From: Acidobacteriota bacterium
GTDB lineage: Bacteria; Acidobacteriota; UBA4820; DSQY01
Length of the DNA: 64,000 bases
Assembly: GCA_049967655.1 (NCBI GenBank)
Contig: JBMFSH010000014.1
Location: 1-64,000, forward strand
Direction: 5' to 3'
In this document: positions 50,462 to 59,927 of the stretch, piece by piece
Numbering within the stretch: the first letter of the stretch is position 1
Layout: every line of letters starts with the position of its first letter
The notes under the pieces: model-generated
The model's input: the letters and a program-made list of their open reading frames with translations, nothing else
Told to the model about the DNA's origin: nothing
The model's database searches: none
Position numbers and translations under genes: made by a program

Positions 50462-51034
50462 ATGACTCGGAATGAGATCGCGGACCTCTTGCAGCCCTGG
50501 ATCGGGCGCATCGGAGATGAGGATTTGCGGGAGAAGGTGCTGGAGGCCTGGGAGCTGGCCCTCTCGCGGAGCGGCTACAAGAGCGCCGCCGATCTGCGGA
50601 GGATGCCCTTCACGCTGCTCACCGACTGCAAGGGGATCAGCTTCGTCGAGCACACGCTGGCGGTCACGGCCGGCGCGGTGGGGCTGGCGCAGGCCCAGAT
50701 GAGCCACTATGGCCGCCTGCCCTATGAAATCGACATGGACCGGCTCGTTGCGGGAGGACTCCTGCACGACGTGGGCAAGCTCCTGGAGATCGAGCCCGAC
50801 GGGAAGGGCGGCCACCGCAAGAGCCGCAGCGGCACCTGCATGCGCCACCCCATCTCGGGGGCCGCGCTGGCCGCCGAGGTGGGCCTTCCCGAGGAGGTGA
50901 TCAACTGCATCGCCTGCCACGCCAAGGAGGGCGAGGGGCGCCCACAAACCGTGGAGACAGTTCTCATCCACCAAGCCGACTACGCCACCTTCGACCCCCT
51001 CGTCATGCTCCAGAAGGGAACCTTGATTCTTTGA
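50462..51034 (+). CDS. HD-domain (HDIG-type) phosphohydrolase
   Basis: EHT...LLHDVGK...RH..SG...CH...AD; SD GGAGGAG. Confidence 0.9.
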   Translation: MTRNEIADLLQPWIGRIGDEDLREKVLEAWELALSRSGYKSAADLRRMPFTLLTDCKGISFVEHTLAVTAGAVGLAQAQMSHYGRLPYEIDMDRLVAGGLLHDVGKLLEIEPDGKGGHRKSRSGTCMRHPISGAALAAEVGLPEEVINCIACHAKEGEGRPQTVETVLIHQADYATFDPLVMLQKGTLIL

Positions 51035-51045
51035 ATCACATTTGA

Positions 51046-51199
51046 ACCACAGAGGCGCAGAGATACAGAGGAAGACGGTTGAGATGTGGCGGCAATGTCG
51101 CGCGGGAAGGTTCGAGATAGAGACGAAGGCTTTACGGCGCAGCGCTTCTTGTCTTGGCCATTGAGGCCTCTTTTCTCCGAGTCTCTGTGTCTCTGTGGT
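51046..51199. repeat. Inverted-repeat element, copy 2
   Basis: ACCACAGAGGCGCAGAGATACAGAG...CTCTGTGTCTCTGTGGT. Confidence 0.9.
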
Positions 51200-51223
51200 T
51201 GAGACCTCCTTGGGGGACGATGC

Positions 51224-53062
51224 ATGCCGATGACGATGATCGAGAAGATCCTGGCCGCGCACTCGGGGAGCGAGTGTGTGGCGCCGGGGGAGATCGTGGA
51301 TGTGGCCATCGATGCCCGGGTGGCCCGGGACTTCGGGGGGGCCAACGTGGTGAAGAACCTCTTGGACCACGGGCTGTCGGTGGCCGACCCGTCGCGCACC
51401 TTCTTCACCTTCGACTGCAACCCCACCGGCTCCGACCAGAAGTACGCCGAAAACCAGCAGCGGTGCCGCCTCTTCGCCCGGGAGCGGGGGATCCGGGTCT
51501 TCGACATCGACGCGGGCATCGGCACCCACCTGGCCATCGACGAAGGGCTCGCCTGGCCCGGCTCCACCTTCGTCTCCACCGACTCCCACGCCAACATCCT
51601 CGGCGCCATCGGCGCCTTCGGGCAGGGGATGGGGGACCAGGACATCGCCGCCGCCTGGGCCTTCGGCAAGGTCTGGTTCAAGGTGCCGGCCACGGTGAGG
51701 ATCGAGCTGTCGGGCCACCCGGCTCCCGGGGCCTCGCCGAAGGACGTGGGGCTGGCGCTCCTGCGACACTTCGGCGCCAACGGCCTGCTGGGCTGCGCGG
51801 CCGAACTCTACGGCGGCTACACCGAATCCCTCGACCTGGCGGGCCGGATCACCATCGCCTCCCTCGCCACCGAAATGGGGGCGATCATCCTTCTCTTCCC
51901 GCCCAGCGAGGCGGTCATCGCCCACTGCCGAAAGGCCACGGGGCGTGAGGACTGGCGGCCCGTCACGGCGGAGTCCGGCGCTGCCTACGTCCGATCGGAG
52001 GTGGTGGACCTCGCGGGGCTCGGCCCCATGATGGCGCGGCCCGGCCACCCGGAGGACGTGGTGGAGCTGGAGAGCGTGCGCGGCCGGAAAATCGATTCGG
52101 TCTTCATCGGCTCCTGCACCAACGGCCGCTACGAGGACCTGGAGGAGGCGGCTCGGGTCCTCAGGGGCCGGAAGGTGGCTCCGGGCGTGGTTCTCAAGAT
52201 CGTTCCCACGACCGACGCCATGTGGCGCCGCGCCATGGCGGAGGGCCTCTTCGACCTGTTCAAGAGGGCCGGCGCCCTTATCTCTAACGCCGGCTGCGGA
52301 GGCTGCGCCGCGGGCCAGGTGGGCCAGAACGGACCGGGCGAGGTGACCGTCTCCACGGGCAACCGGAACTTCGCCGGCAAGCAGGGCAAGGGCGAGGTCT
52401 ACCTGGCGAGCCCGGCCGTGGCGGCCGCCTCCGCCGTGGCGGGATTTCTCACCGACCCCGAACACATCCCGGAGAAACCGGCCCTCTTCTCCCGTGGCGC
52501 GGTCTCCGGCAGCCGCGAGGCGGCGGGCGAGGGCGCCCGCCCCGCACCCCCTTCCGGCACCGCCGCCCCCGGCCGCGAGCGGCCGCTGGTGGTCACGGGG
52601 CGGGTCTGGGTCATCCGGAAGGACAACATCGACACCGACATGATCTTCCACAACCGGCACCTGGCCATCACGAAGCTGGAGGAGATGGCCCCGTACGCCT
52701 TCGGCAACCTCGCGGGCTGGGAGGATTTTGCACAAAAAGCGCGGCCCGGCGACATCGTGGTGACGGGGGCCAACTTCGGGGCGGGTTCCTCGCGCCAGCA
52801 AGCCGTGGACTGCTTCAAGGCCCTCGGCATCGCCGCCATCGTCGCGAAGAGCTTCGGGGCCATCTACGAGCGCAACGCCATCAACGCGGCGCTCCCGATC
52901 GTGGTCAGCGACCTGGTGGAAACGGATATCCTGGACGGCGAAGAGATCACCGTGGACTTCGCGGCGGGGCGCATCCTCCGCCGAGGCGGGCGCGAAGTGA
53001 AGGCCCAGCCCTGGCCGGAGGTGCAGCTCCAGACCTACCTCCGCGGCGGCCTGCTGGGGTGA
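51224..53062 (+). CDS. Fused LeuC-LeuD-type aconitase-family hydratase
   Basis: DSH, GSCTNGR, GCGGC, NRNF, then a linker and swivel domain (DNIDTD, NFGAGSSR). Confidence 0.92.
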   Translation: MPMTMIEKILAAHSGSECVAPGEIVDVAIDARVARDFGGANVVKNLLDHGLSVADPSRTFFTFDCNPTGSDQKYAENQQRCRLFARERGIRVFDIDAGIGTHLAIDEGLAWPGSTFVSTDSHANILGAIGAFGQGMGDQDIAAAWAFGKVWFKVPATVRIELSGHPAPGASPKDVGLALLRHFGANGLLGCAAELYGGYTESLDLAGRITIASLATEMGAIILLFPPSEAVIAHCRKATGREDWRPVTAESGAAYVRSEVVDLAGLGPMMARPGHPEDVVELESVRGRKIDSVFIGSCTNGRYEDLEEAARVLRGRKVAPGVVLKIVPTTDAMWRRAMAEGLFDLFKRAGALISNAGCGGCAAGQVGQNGPGEVTVSTGNRNFAGKQGKGEVYLASPAVAAASAVAGFLTDPEHIPEKPALFSRGAVSGSREAAGEGARPAPPSGTAAPGRERPLVVTGRVWVIRKDNIDTDMIFHNRHLAITKLEEMAPYAFGNLAGWEDFAQKARPGDIVVTGANFGAGSSRQQAVDCFKALGIAAIVAKSFGAIYERNAINAALPIVVSDLVETDILDGEEITVDFAAGRILRRGGREVKAQPWPEVQLQTYLRGGLLG

Positions 53063-53072
53063 GCAAAGGCCA

Positions 53073-53224
53073 ACCACAGAGGCACAGAGGCCCAGAGGAA
53101 GACTTTTAAGATGTGGCGGCGACGTCGCGCGGGAAGGTTCGAGATAGACGAAGGCTTTACGGTGCAGCGCTTCTTGTCCTGACCATTGAGGCCTCTTGTC
53201 TCCGTGCCTCTGTGTCTCTGTGGT
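53073..53224. repeat. Inverted-repeat element, copy 3 (interior nearly identical to copy 2)
   Basis: Same termini; shared interior AGATGTGGCGGC...GGGAAGGTTCGAGATAG...CATTGAGGCCTCTT. Confidence 0.9.
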
Positions 53225-53246
53225 GAGATTCTCTTTGGAGTTCTGT

Positions 53247-54506
53247 ATGGGCAAGACGTTTGCTGAGAAGGTGCTGGCGAAGCGGGCAGGGCTTCCGGGG
53301 GTGGTGCCCGGACAGATCGTGACGGTGCGGCCCGATCACCTGCTGACGCACGACAACACGAGCGCCATCGTGGCGAAGGTGGCCGAGGAGCTCAAGGCCT
53401 ACGGCCTCGTGAGAGCGGACCTGCCCGTCATCGCCATCGACCACGTGGTGCCGGCTGTGGACGAGAAGACGGCCCTCGGCCACGCCAAGATCCGCCAGTT
53501 CGTGAAGGACTACGGGGTCAAGCACTTCTTCGACGTGGGCGAAGGGGTTTGCCACCAGCTCATGGTGGAGAAGGGCTTCGCCCAGCCGGGCCGGCTCATC
53601 CTGGGCTCCGACAGCCACACCTGCACGTACGGCGCGCTGAACGCCTTCGCGGCCGGCATCGACCGCACGGAGGCGGCGGTCCTGCTCCTCACGGGCGAGA
53701 CCTGGCTCAAGGTACCGGAGACCATCCGGGTCTCGCTGAAGGGAACCTTTCCCCTGGGGGTCATGGGAAAGGACCTCGTGCTGCGGATCATCGGGGCCAT
53801 CGGCGCCGACGGCGCCAACTACCAGGCCGTGGAGTTCCACGGCGACTTGGCCGGTCTCACTATGGACGACCGCCTCACCATGGCCAACATGGGCGTCGAG
53901 ATGGGCGCCAAGCTGGCGGTCTTCCCCGTGGACGGCATCACGCGGGCCTACCTCTCGGTCCACGCCCCCAGCGCCCAATACGAGCCGGTCTGGGCCGATG
54001 CCGACGCGGACTATGGCCGCCGGTTGAGCTACGACCTGTCGGAGCTGGAGCCCATGGTGGCCAAGCCGCACACCGTGGACAACGTGGCGCCCGTCTCCGA
54101 GGTGGCGGGGCTGCCCGTCCAGCAGGCCTACCTGGGCACCTGCACCAACGGACGCCTGTCGGACCTCCAGGCGGCGGCCGCCATCCTGAAGGGAAAGCAC
54201 ATCGCCCCCGGCGTGCGCCTGCTCGTCATCCCGGCCAGCCGGAGCATCTTCCAGGGGGCCATCACGGACGGCACCCTGGCGACCCTGGTGGAGGCCGGCG
54301 CCATGGTGGGTCCGCCGGGATGCGGCCCCTGCCTGGGCGCGCACCAGGGGCTCCTCGCTCCGGGCGAGCGCTGCATCTCATCGAGCAACCGCAACTTCCG
54401 GGGGCGCATGGGATCGAAGGAGGCCGAGGTCTTCCTCGGCAGCCCACTCACCGTTGCCGCCAGCGCTCTCACCGGCGTGCTCACCGACCCGAGGGATGTG
54501 ATCTAA
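53247..54506 (+). CDS. LeuC/HacA-type dehydratase large subunit
   Basis: THD, IDH, GVCHQ, DSHTCTYG, GTCTNGR, GCGPC, NRNFRGRMG. Confidence 0.93.
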   Translation: MGKTFAEKVLAKRAGLPGVVPGQIVTVRPDHLLTHDNTSAIVAKVAEELKAYGLVRADLPVIAIDHVVPAVDEKTALGHAKIRQFVKDYGVKHFFDVGEGVCHQLMVEKGFAQPGRLILGSDSHTCTYGALNAFAAGIDRTEAAVLLLTGETWLKVPETIRVSLKGTFPLGVMGKDLVLRIIGAIGADGANYQAVEFHGDLAGLTMDDRLTMANMGVEMGAKLAVFPVDGITRAYLSVHAPSAQYEPVWADADADYGRRLSYDLSELEPMVAKPHTVDNVAPVSEVAGLPVQQAYLGTCTNGRLSDLQAAAAILKGKHIAPGVRLLVIPASRSIFQGAITDGTLATLVEAGAMVGPPGCGPCLGAHQGLLAPGERCISSSNRNFRGRMGSKEAEVFLGSPLTVAASALTGVLTDPRDVI

Positions 54507-54659
54507 CCACAGAGGCACAGGGACACAGAGGAGGGCGTTTTGGGTGAAGCGAAAAGGTCATGCGGGAAAGACAGGACCTGGGACACGGGACCTGGGGCGG
54601 CACGGTTTTTCTTTTGGCAAGGAAAGTTTCTTTCCTCTGTGCCTCTGTGTCTCTGTGGT
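54506..54659. repeat. Inverted-repeat element, copy 4
   Basis: Starts on the last base of the TAA stop. Confidence 0.9.
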
Positions 54660-54677
54660 GAAAAAAGAGGTCGTTCG

Positions 54678-55169
54678 ATGACGGTATTCCAGTACGGCGA
54701 CGATGTGAACACGGACCTGCTGTTCCCGGGGCGGTACACCTACACCTGCGCGAAGGCGGAGGAGATCCTGCCGCACCTCCTCGAAGACTTGGACCCGGCC
54801 TTCGCGAAGAGCGTAAAGCCTGGGGACGTGGTCCTCGCAGGCAAGAACTTCGGCTGCGGCTCCAGCCGCGAGCAGCCCGCGCTCGGCCTCAAGGCGGCGG
54901 GAATCCAGGCGGTGGTGGCCAAGTCCTTCGCGCGCATCTTCTTCCGGTCGGCCATCAACCAGGGGCTCCTGCTCGTGGAGTGCCCGGAGGCGGTGGAGGC
55001 CTACCGGGAGGGCGAAGCGGTCTCGGTGGACGCGGCCTCCGGCAGAATCGCCGTGGGCGGGCGGAGCTTCTCCTTCCCGGCGCTCCCCCCCGAGATCCTC
55101 GCCATCCGCGATGCGGGCGGCCTGCTGCCCTATGCCCGCAAGAAGCTGAAGGAACAAAGAAGGAGCTGA
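54678..55169 (+). CDS. LeuD/HacB-type dehydratase small subunit
   Basis: GDDVNTD, NFGCGSSRE, SFARIFFR. Confidence 0.93.
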   Translation: MTVFQYGDDVNTDLLFPGRYTYTCAKAEEILPHLLEDLDPAFAKSVKPGDVVLAGKNFGCGSSREQPALGLKAAGIQAVVAKSFARIFFRSAINQGLLLVECPEAVEAYREGEAVSVDAASGRIAVGGRSFSFPALPPEILAIRDAGGLLPYARKKLKEQRRS

Positions 55170-55305
55170 ACCACAGAGGCACCGACACAGAGGAACAGGG
55201 CCGAATGGCGGCGAAAGATTGCCTTCGAAGCGGAAAATCAGGACTATCCTCTGGTTTTGTCGTCTTCGGGGAATCGCTTTCTCTGTGCCTCTGTGTCTCT
55301 GTGGT
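55170..55305. repeat. Inverted-repeat element, copy 5
   Basis: Starts immediately after the TGA stop. Confidence 0.9.
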
Positions 55306-55324
55306 GAATCCTTAGGGGGATCCG

Positions 55325-56536
55325 ATGGGAACGGTGGCTGAGGCGGGACGGAGGGGGGAGAAGATCCGGTCGGACTGCTGGGTGCGGGTGGAGCCGAAGG
55401 CGCGCGGCGGCCTGAAGCTGTCGGTGACGACGAAGGTCGAGGCCATGTACGGCGACGCGGTGCGCGCCACGTGCGCGAAGGCGCTGGAGTCCCTTGGCGT
55501 GAAGCACGCCGCGGTGACCGTGGAGGACTTCGGCGCTCTCGACTTCGTTCTCATGGCCCGGGTGGAGACCGCCGTGAAGCGGGCCGGCCTCGCCGAAGGC
55601 CACGCCTGTCTACCCGAGCCTGGGCCGGGCTTGGGCGCCAAGGCCCTCCGGGAGCGCTTCCGCCGCTCGCGCCTCTACCTTCCGGGCAACGAGCCCAAGT
55701 TCTTCCTCAACGCGGCGCTCCACGAACCCGACGGGGTGATCCTGGACCTCGAGGATTCGGTGGCGCCGGCCGAGAAGGACGCGGCCCGGATCCTTGTGCG
55801 CAACGCCCTGCGGGCCGTGGACTTCGGCTCGTGCGAGCGGACGGTGCGCATCAACCAGGGCGAGCGGGGCCTTCTGGACGTGGAGGCGGTGGTGCCGCAG
55901 AACGTGCACCTGCTCCTCATCCCCAAGGTCGAATCGGCCGAGCAGGTGCGGGTCGTAGACGAGCGGGCGGAGGAGGTCCGCAGGGCCTCGGGGTTCAAGG
56001 CGCCGGTTCTCCTCATGCCCATCATCGAGAGCGCCCTCGGCTGCTTCCGGGCGCTGGAGATCGCCACGGCCAGCCCCAACGTAGTGGCTCTCACCATCGG
56101 CCTGGAGGACTACACGGCGGACATCGGCGCTCCGCGCACGCCCGAGGGCCGCGAGTCCTTTTGGGCGCGCTCCGTGGTGGTGAACGCCGCCCGCGCCGCC
56201 GGCGTCACGCCCATCGACACGGTCTTCTCCGACGTGTCGGACATGGAAGGGCTGCGCGCCGCGTGCCTCGAAGCCAAGTCCCTCGGCTTCGAGGGCAAGG
56301 GCTGCATCCACCCGCGCCAGGTGCCCGTGGTTCACGAGGCCTTCGCGCCGAGCGCCGACGAGATCGAGCGGGCCCGCCGCATCGTCCTGGCCTTCGAGGA
56401 GGCCGAGCGCCAGGGGCTCGGCGTGGTGGCCCTCGGCTCCAAGATGATCGACCCCCCCGTCGTCAAACGCGCCCTGCGCACCGTGCGCATGGCCGAAGCC
56501 CTGGGGTTGCTACCCAAGGACTGGAGAAAAAGCTAA
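55325..56536 (+). CDS. citE: CitD (acyl carrier)-CitE (citryl-CoA lyase-like) fusion
   Basis: N-terminal CitD-like ...SDC...YG...VEDFGALDFVLMARVETAVKRA; CitE motifs RRSRLYLPGN, LDLEDSV, IPKVE, GKGCIHPRQ, MIDPP. Confidence 0.9.
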   Translation: MGTVAEAGRRGEKIRSDCWVRVEPKARGGLKLSVTTKVEAMYGDAVRATCAKALESLGVKHAAVTVEDFGALDFVLMARVETAVKRAGLAEGHACLPEPGPGLGAKALRERFRRSRLYLPGNEPKFFLNAALHEPDGVILDLEDSVAPAEKDAARILVRNALRAVDFGSCERTVRINQGERGLLDVEAVVPQNVHLLLIPKVESAEQVRVVDERAEEVRRASGFKAPVLLMPIIESALGCFRALEIATASPNVVALTIGLEDYTADIGAPRTPEGRESFWARSVVVNAARAAGVTPIDTVFSDVSDMEGLRAACLEAKSLGFEGKGCIHPRQVPVVHEAFAPSADEIERARRIVLAFEEAERQGLGVVALGSKMIDPPVVKRALRTVRMAEALGLLPKDWRKS

Positions 56537-56690
56537 CCACAGAGGCACAGAGACAGGGAGGAGGAGCATCGGGTTGTGGCAAGAGAGACCTTTGGGAGAG
56601 AGACGAACAGAAGAGAAGCGCACGTGGATCAGGAGTGTCTTTCTCTTCCACGAGAGAGATCTTTTCTCTGTGCCTCTGTGTCTCTGTGGT
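56536..56690. repeat. Inverted-repeat element, copy 6
   Basis: Starts on the last base of the TAA stop. Confidence 0.9.
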
Positions 56691-56708
56691 TCAGTCAGGG
56701 GTTGAGCG

Positions 56709-56804
56709 ATGGCTAAGGCGGAATTGAAGAAGAACGCGCTGGGGCGGCTTGTGCCGGGGATGAACCGAAGCCGGAGCGCCGGGGAAGGAGGGGCGGTTTG
56801 CTGA
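56709..56804 (+). pseudogene. Duplicated 5' fragment of citF (31-codon mini-ORF)
   Basis: MAKAELKKNALGRLVP matches MAKVELKKNALGRLVP at 61100. Confidence 0.88.
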
Positions 56805-59800
56805 TCCTCCACGCGGCCTTCGAGGCTCCCCACCTCCTGGTATGGGGCGAAGGGGAGGCGGAGGAATCTTCGCCGGCGAAGCGGCGCGGGCGGCCGCCCA
56901 AGGTATGGCGGCCCTTGCCCCATCCCTTTTCGGCTCCCGCGGCTCTCCTGGCGGAGGCGGCCTCGCCCGCGGGCGAGTCTCTCGCCCTTACAAAGACCCG
57001 CGTTGTTTTGGCCACCGTCTGGCTGCCCACGTCATCGGGCAAACCCCTGCCTTCCTCCCCTCTGCTGGGTGAGATCCGCGGTGAGGCCGTCCCGGTGGTG
57101 CTTACGGCGTGGTCCGTTCCCGCGCTTCCGCTGGATGGGCGGGCCATGGTGGAATGGCTGGCGGCTTGCATGGACAAGGCTTCGCTGGCCCCGGGCGTTC
57201 TTCTCGGAACCGATGTGGCCTTCTGGTGTGAAGCGCTGAGGCTGGCAGGGGCCATCGTGGCGCGGGGGCAAGTTCTGCCCGCCGTGGAGAGGAACGGCGA
57301 GGCCCTTCGGGCCGCCTGGAAGTCTCTCCTCCTGGGTTCGTGGCCGTCGCGAGCGGCCACCCTCGCGGCGCGCATGCCGCCGTCTGCCCGCGCCCTCTCG
57401 CGCGAGGCGGCTCCCTCTCCGCCGGAGGCCCGCCCCGCCTCCGTGCTGGAGGCCTTTCTCGATGGCGCCGTGGACGCGCTCTTTCGCCCGGATGCGCCCC
57501 AAGAATCCCAGCCGCGAAGCCGTCTATCCGGGCGGCTAGCCTTCTCCGGGAACCACCACGAGGCATGGCTGAACTCTTTGAAGGGTCACGACCCCTTCCT
57601 GGCCCTCGGGCTCACCGAAGGCGAAACCCTGCGCGAGGAGGTCGCGCGCTGGCGCGAGCCCCTGGCGGCCATGCAATCCTCGCCGGTGCGTCTTTGCTTC
57701 CGCCTCCAAGAGCCGCCCAAGGGGGTCCATCGGGATGCCCAGCCCGGGGATCAAGAGTGGCGCGTGGACTATCTCCTCCATCCCCACGAGGATCCCAGCC
57801 TGCTGGTGCCCGTGGAGGACGTCTTTCGCCCCAGGACTCGCGCGAGCCGGGCCATGGCGCGTCTCGGGGCCGACCCGAAGGCCTCAGCCCTGGCTTTCCT
57901 CGGGCAGGCCTCGGCGCTCTGCCCGTCAATCGCTGCGAGCCTCAAGGTGCCCAGGCCGAGCGGCCTGTCGCTGGATGCGGCGGGAGCCTACGAGTTCCTG
58001 GCCCGCACGGCGCCGCTGCTGGAACAGGCCGATTTCGGCCTGTTTCTTCCCGCCTGGTGGACCGGGGCGGGTGCCCGCGAGCGCCTGGCCCTCACGGCGC
58101 ACGCCAAGGTCCCGGTCCTCCGCGCGTCGCAGGGGCTCTCGCTGGAGAGCCTGGTCCAGGTGGAGTGGTCCGCGGCGCTGGGGGGCGAGCCCCTCTCGTA
58201 CCGGGAGCTTTCGGACTTGGCGGCCCTCAAGGCGCCGCTGGTGCGGCTGCGGGGCCAATGGGTCACGGTGGATTCAGAGCAGATCCAGAAGGCTCTGGCC
58301 TTGATGAAGGACGGCAAGGCGGCGAAGACCACGGTGCGCGACCTCATGGCCATGTCGCTGGGCGCCGCCTCTCCGGCGGGGCTCCCCGTGGCCTCGGTGG
58401 CGGCGAAGGGCGAGCTGGCGGCCATGCTGGATACATTGGCGGGGGGCGAGACCGCGGTGAAGGAGCTGCCTCCGCCCGGCGGCTTCTCCGGCACCCTCCG
58501 GCCCTACCAGCTCCGCGGCTACGCGTGGCTGGCCTCCCTGGCGAAGTGGGGGCTGGGCGCCTGCCTGGCCGACGACATGGGCCTGGGCAAGACGATTCAA
58601 GCCCTGGCCATGATTCAGCGGGATTGGGAGGGGGGCGAGCGGGACCCGGTCCTCCTCGTCTGCCCCACCTCGGTCGTGGGAAACTGGCAGCGGGAGGCCG
58701 CGAGGTTCACTCCCGGCCTGCCGGTTCTCGTGCACCACGGCGCGGGGAGGCGCTCCAAGGCGGCCTTCGAGAAAGAGGCGCGCCGCACGGCCCTCGTCAT
58801 CACGAGCTACGGGCTCCTCCACCGGGAGGCCGAAACCCTGGCAGCCGTTCCGTGGCGCGGCGTCATCCTCGACGAGGCGCAAAACATCAAGAACCCGCAG
58901 GCCAAGCAGGCCCAGGCCGCCCGCGCGCTCAAGGCCGGTTACCGCCTCGCCCTCACGGGCACTCCCGTGGAGAACCACGTGGGCGACCTCTGGGCGCTCA
59001 TGGCCTTCCTGAATCCGGGGCTCCTCGGAACCCAGGCCGCCTTCCGGCGCACCTTCTTTCTCCCCGTCCAAACGGGATCGGACCCGGAGGCCGCAGCGCG
59101 CCTCAAGCGCGTCACGGGACCCTTCATCCTCAGGCGCCTCAAGACCGACAAGGCCGTCATCAGGGACCTACCCGAGAAGCAAGAGATGAAGGTCTTCTGC
59201 ACCCTCACGAAGGAGCAGGCCAGCCTCTACCAGGCCGTCCTGGACGACGTGGGCCGTGAGCTGTCCAAGGCCCGCGGCATCCAGCGCAAGGGCCTCGTCC
59301 TCTCCACGCTCCTGAGGCTCAAGCAGGCGTGCAACCACCCCGCGCATCTGCTGGGGGACGGCTCGTCGCTGCGCGGGCGGTCGGGCAAGCTGGCACGCCT
59401 GGAGGAGATGCTCGAGGAGGTGCTCGCCGCGAACGACAAGGCCCTGGTCTTCACGCAGTTCACCGAAATGGGGACCTTGCTGCAGCGGTACCTGCAAGAG
59501 ACCTTCGGCCGGGAGGTGCTCTTCCTGCACGGCGGGACGCCTCGTGGGCGGCGCGACACGATGGTGGAGCGGTTCCAGCAAAGGGATGGGCCGCCCCTCT
59601 TCCTCCTGTCGCTCAAGGCCGGCGGCACGGGCCTCAATCTGACGGCCGCGAGCCACGTCTTCCACTTCGACCGCTGGTGGAACCCCGCGGTGGAAAACCA
59701 GGCCACCGACCGCTCCTTCCGCATCGGGCAGAAGAAAAACGTCCAGGTACACAAATTCGTCTGCGCGGGGACGCTGGAGGAGAAGATCGACGCCATGATC

Positions 59801-59920
59801 GAGCGGAAAAAGGCCGTGGCCCAGAGGGTTGTGGGCGCCGGCGAAACCTGGCTAACGGAACTGAACAACGACGAGCTCCGGGCTCTCTTCGCCCTGGAGC
59901 CCGGCGCCGTGGCGGAGTGA
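56798..59920 (+). CDS. SNF2-family helicase/ATPase
   Basis: LRPYQ, LADDMGLGKT, DEAQ, LTGTPVEN, GGTGLNLT, DRWWNPAVENQATDR. Confidence 0.95.
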   Translation: MLILHAAFEAPHLLVWGEGEAEESSPAKRRGRPPKVWRPLPHPFSAPAALLAEAASPAGESLALTKTRVVLATVWLPTSSGKPLPSSPLLGEIRGEAVPVVLTAWSVPALPLDGRAMVEWLAACMDKASLAPGVLLGTDVAFWCEALRLAGAIVARGQVLPAVERNGEALRAAWKSLLLGSWPSRAATLAARMPPSARALSREAAPSPPEARPASVLEAFLDGAVDALFRPDAPQESQPRSRLSGRLAFSGNHHEAWLNSLKGHDPFLALGLTEGETLREEVARWREPLAAMQSSPVRLCFRLQEPPKGVHRDAQPGDQEWRVDYLLHPHEDPSLLVPVEDVFRPRTRASRAMARLGADPKASALAFLGQASALCPSIAASLKVPRPSGLSLDAAGAYEFLARTAPLLEQADFGLFLPAWWTGAGARERLALTAHAKVPVLRASQGLSLESLVQVEWSAALGGEPLSYRELSDLAALKAPLVRLRGQWVTVDSEQIQKALALMKDGKAAKTTVRDLMAMSLGAASPAGLPVASVAAKGELAAMLDTLAGGETAVKELPPPGGFSGTLRPYQLRGYAWLASLAKWGLGACLADDMGLGKTIQALAMIQRDWEGGERDPVLLVCPTSVVGNWQREAARFTPGLPVLVHHGAGRRSKAAFEKEARRTALVITSYGLLHREAETLAAVPWRGVILDEAQNIKNPQAKQAQAARALKAGYRLALTGTPVENHVGDLWALMAFLNPGLLGTQAAFRRTFFLPVQTGSDPEAAARLKRVTGPFILRRLKTDKAVIRDLPEKQEMKVFCTLTKEQASLYQAVLDDVGRELSKARGIQRKGLVLSTLLRLKQACNHPAHLLGDGSSLRGRSGKLARLEEMLEEVLAANDKALVFTQFTEMGTLLQRYLQETFGREVLFLHGGTPRGRRDTMVERFQQRDGPPLFLLSLKAGGTGLNLTAASHVFHFDRWWNPAVENQATDRSFRIGQKKNVQVHKFVCAGTLEEKIDAMIERKKAVAQRVVGAGETWLTELNNDELRALFALEPGAVAE

Positions 59921-59927
59921 TGCGGCC

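Noticed and set aside
50390..53254. 954-aa minus-strand ORF (and similar ones such as 26325-28322, 12376-14268 and 61082-62821)
   Set aside because: Antisense to well-supported genes, with no recognisable motifs.
45376..55169. Ordinary leucine operon (leuBCD)
   Set aside because: No leuA, an NADP-type dehydrogenase signature, two hydratases and linkage to citE/citF; gene symbols were withheld.
51046..56690. Repeats read as a CRISPR array or integron attC cassettes
   Set aside because: They are inverted pairs separated by whole metabolic genes; there are no cas genes or integron integrase, and I did not recognise attC core sites.
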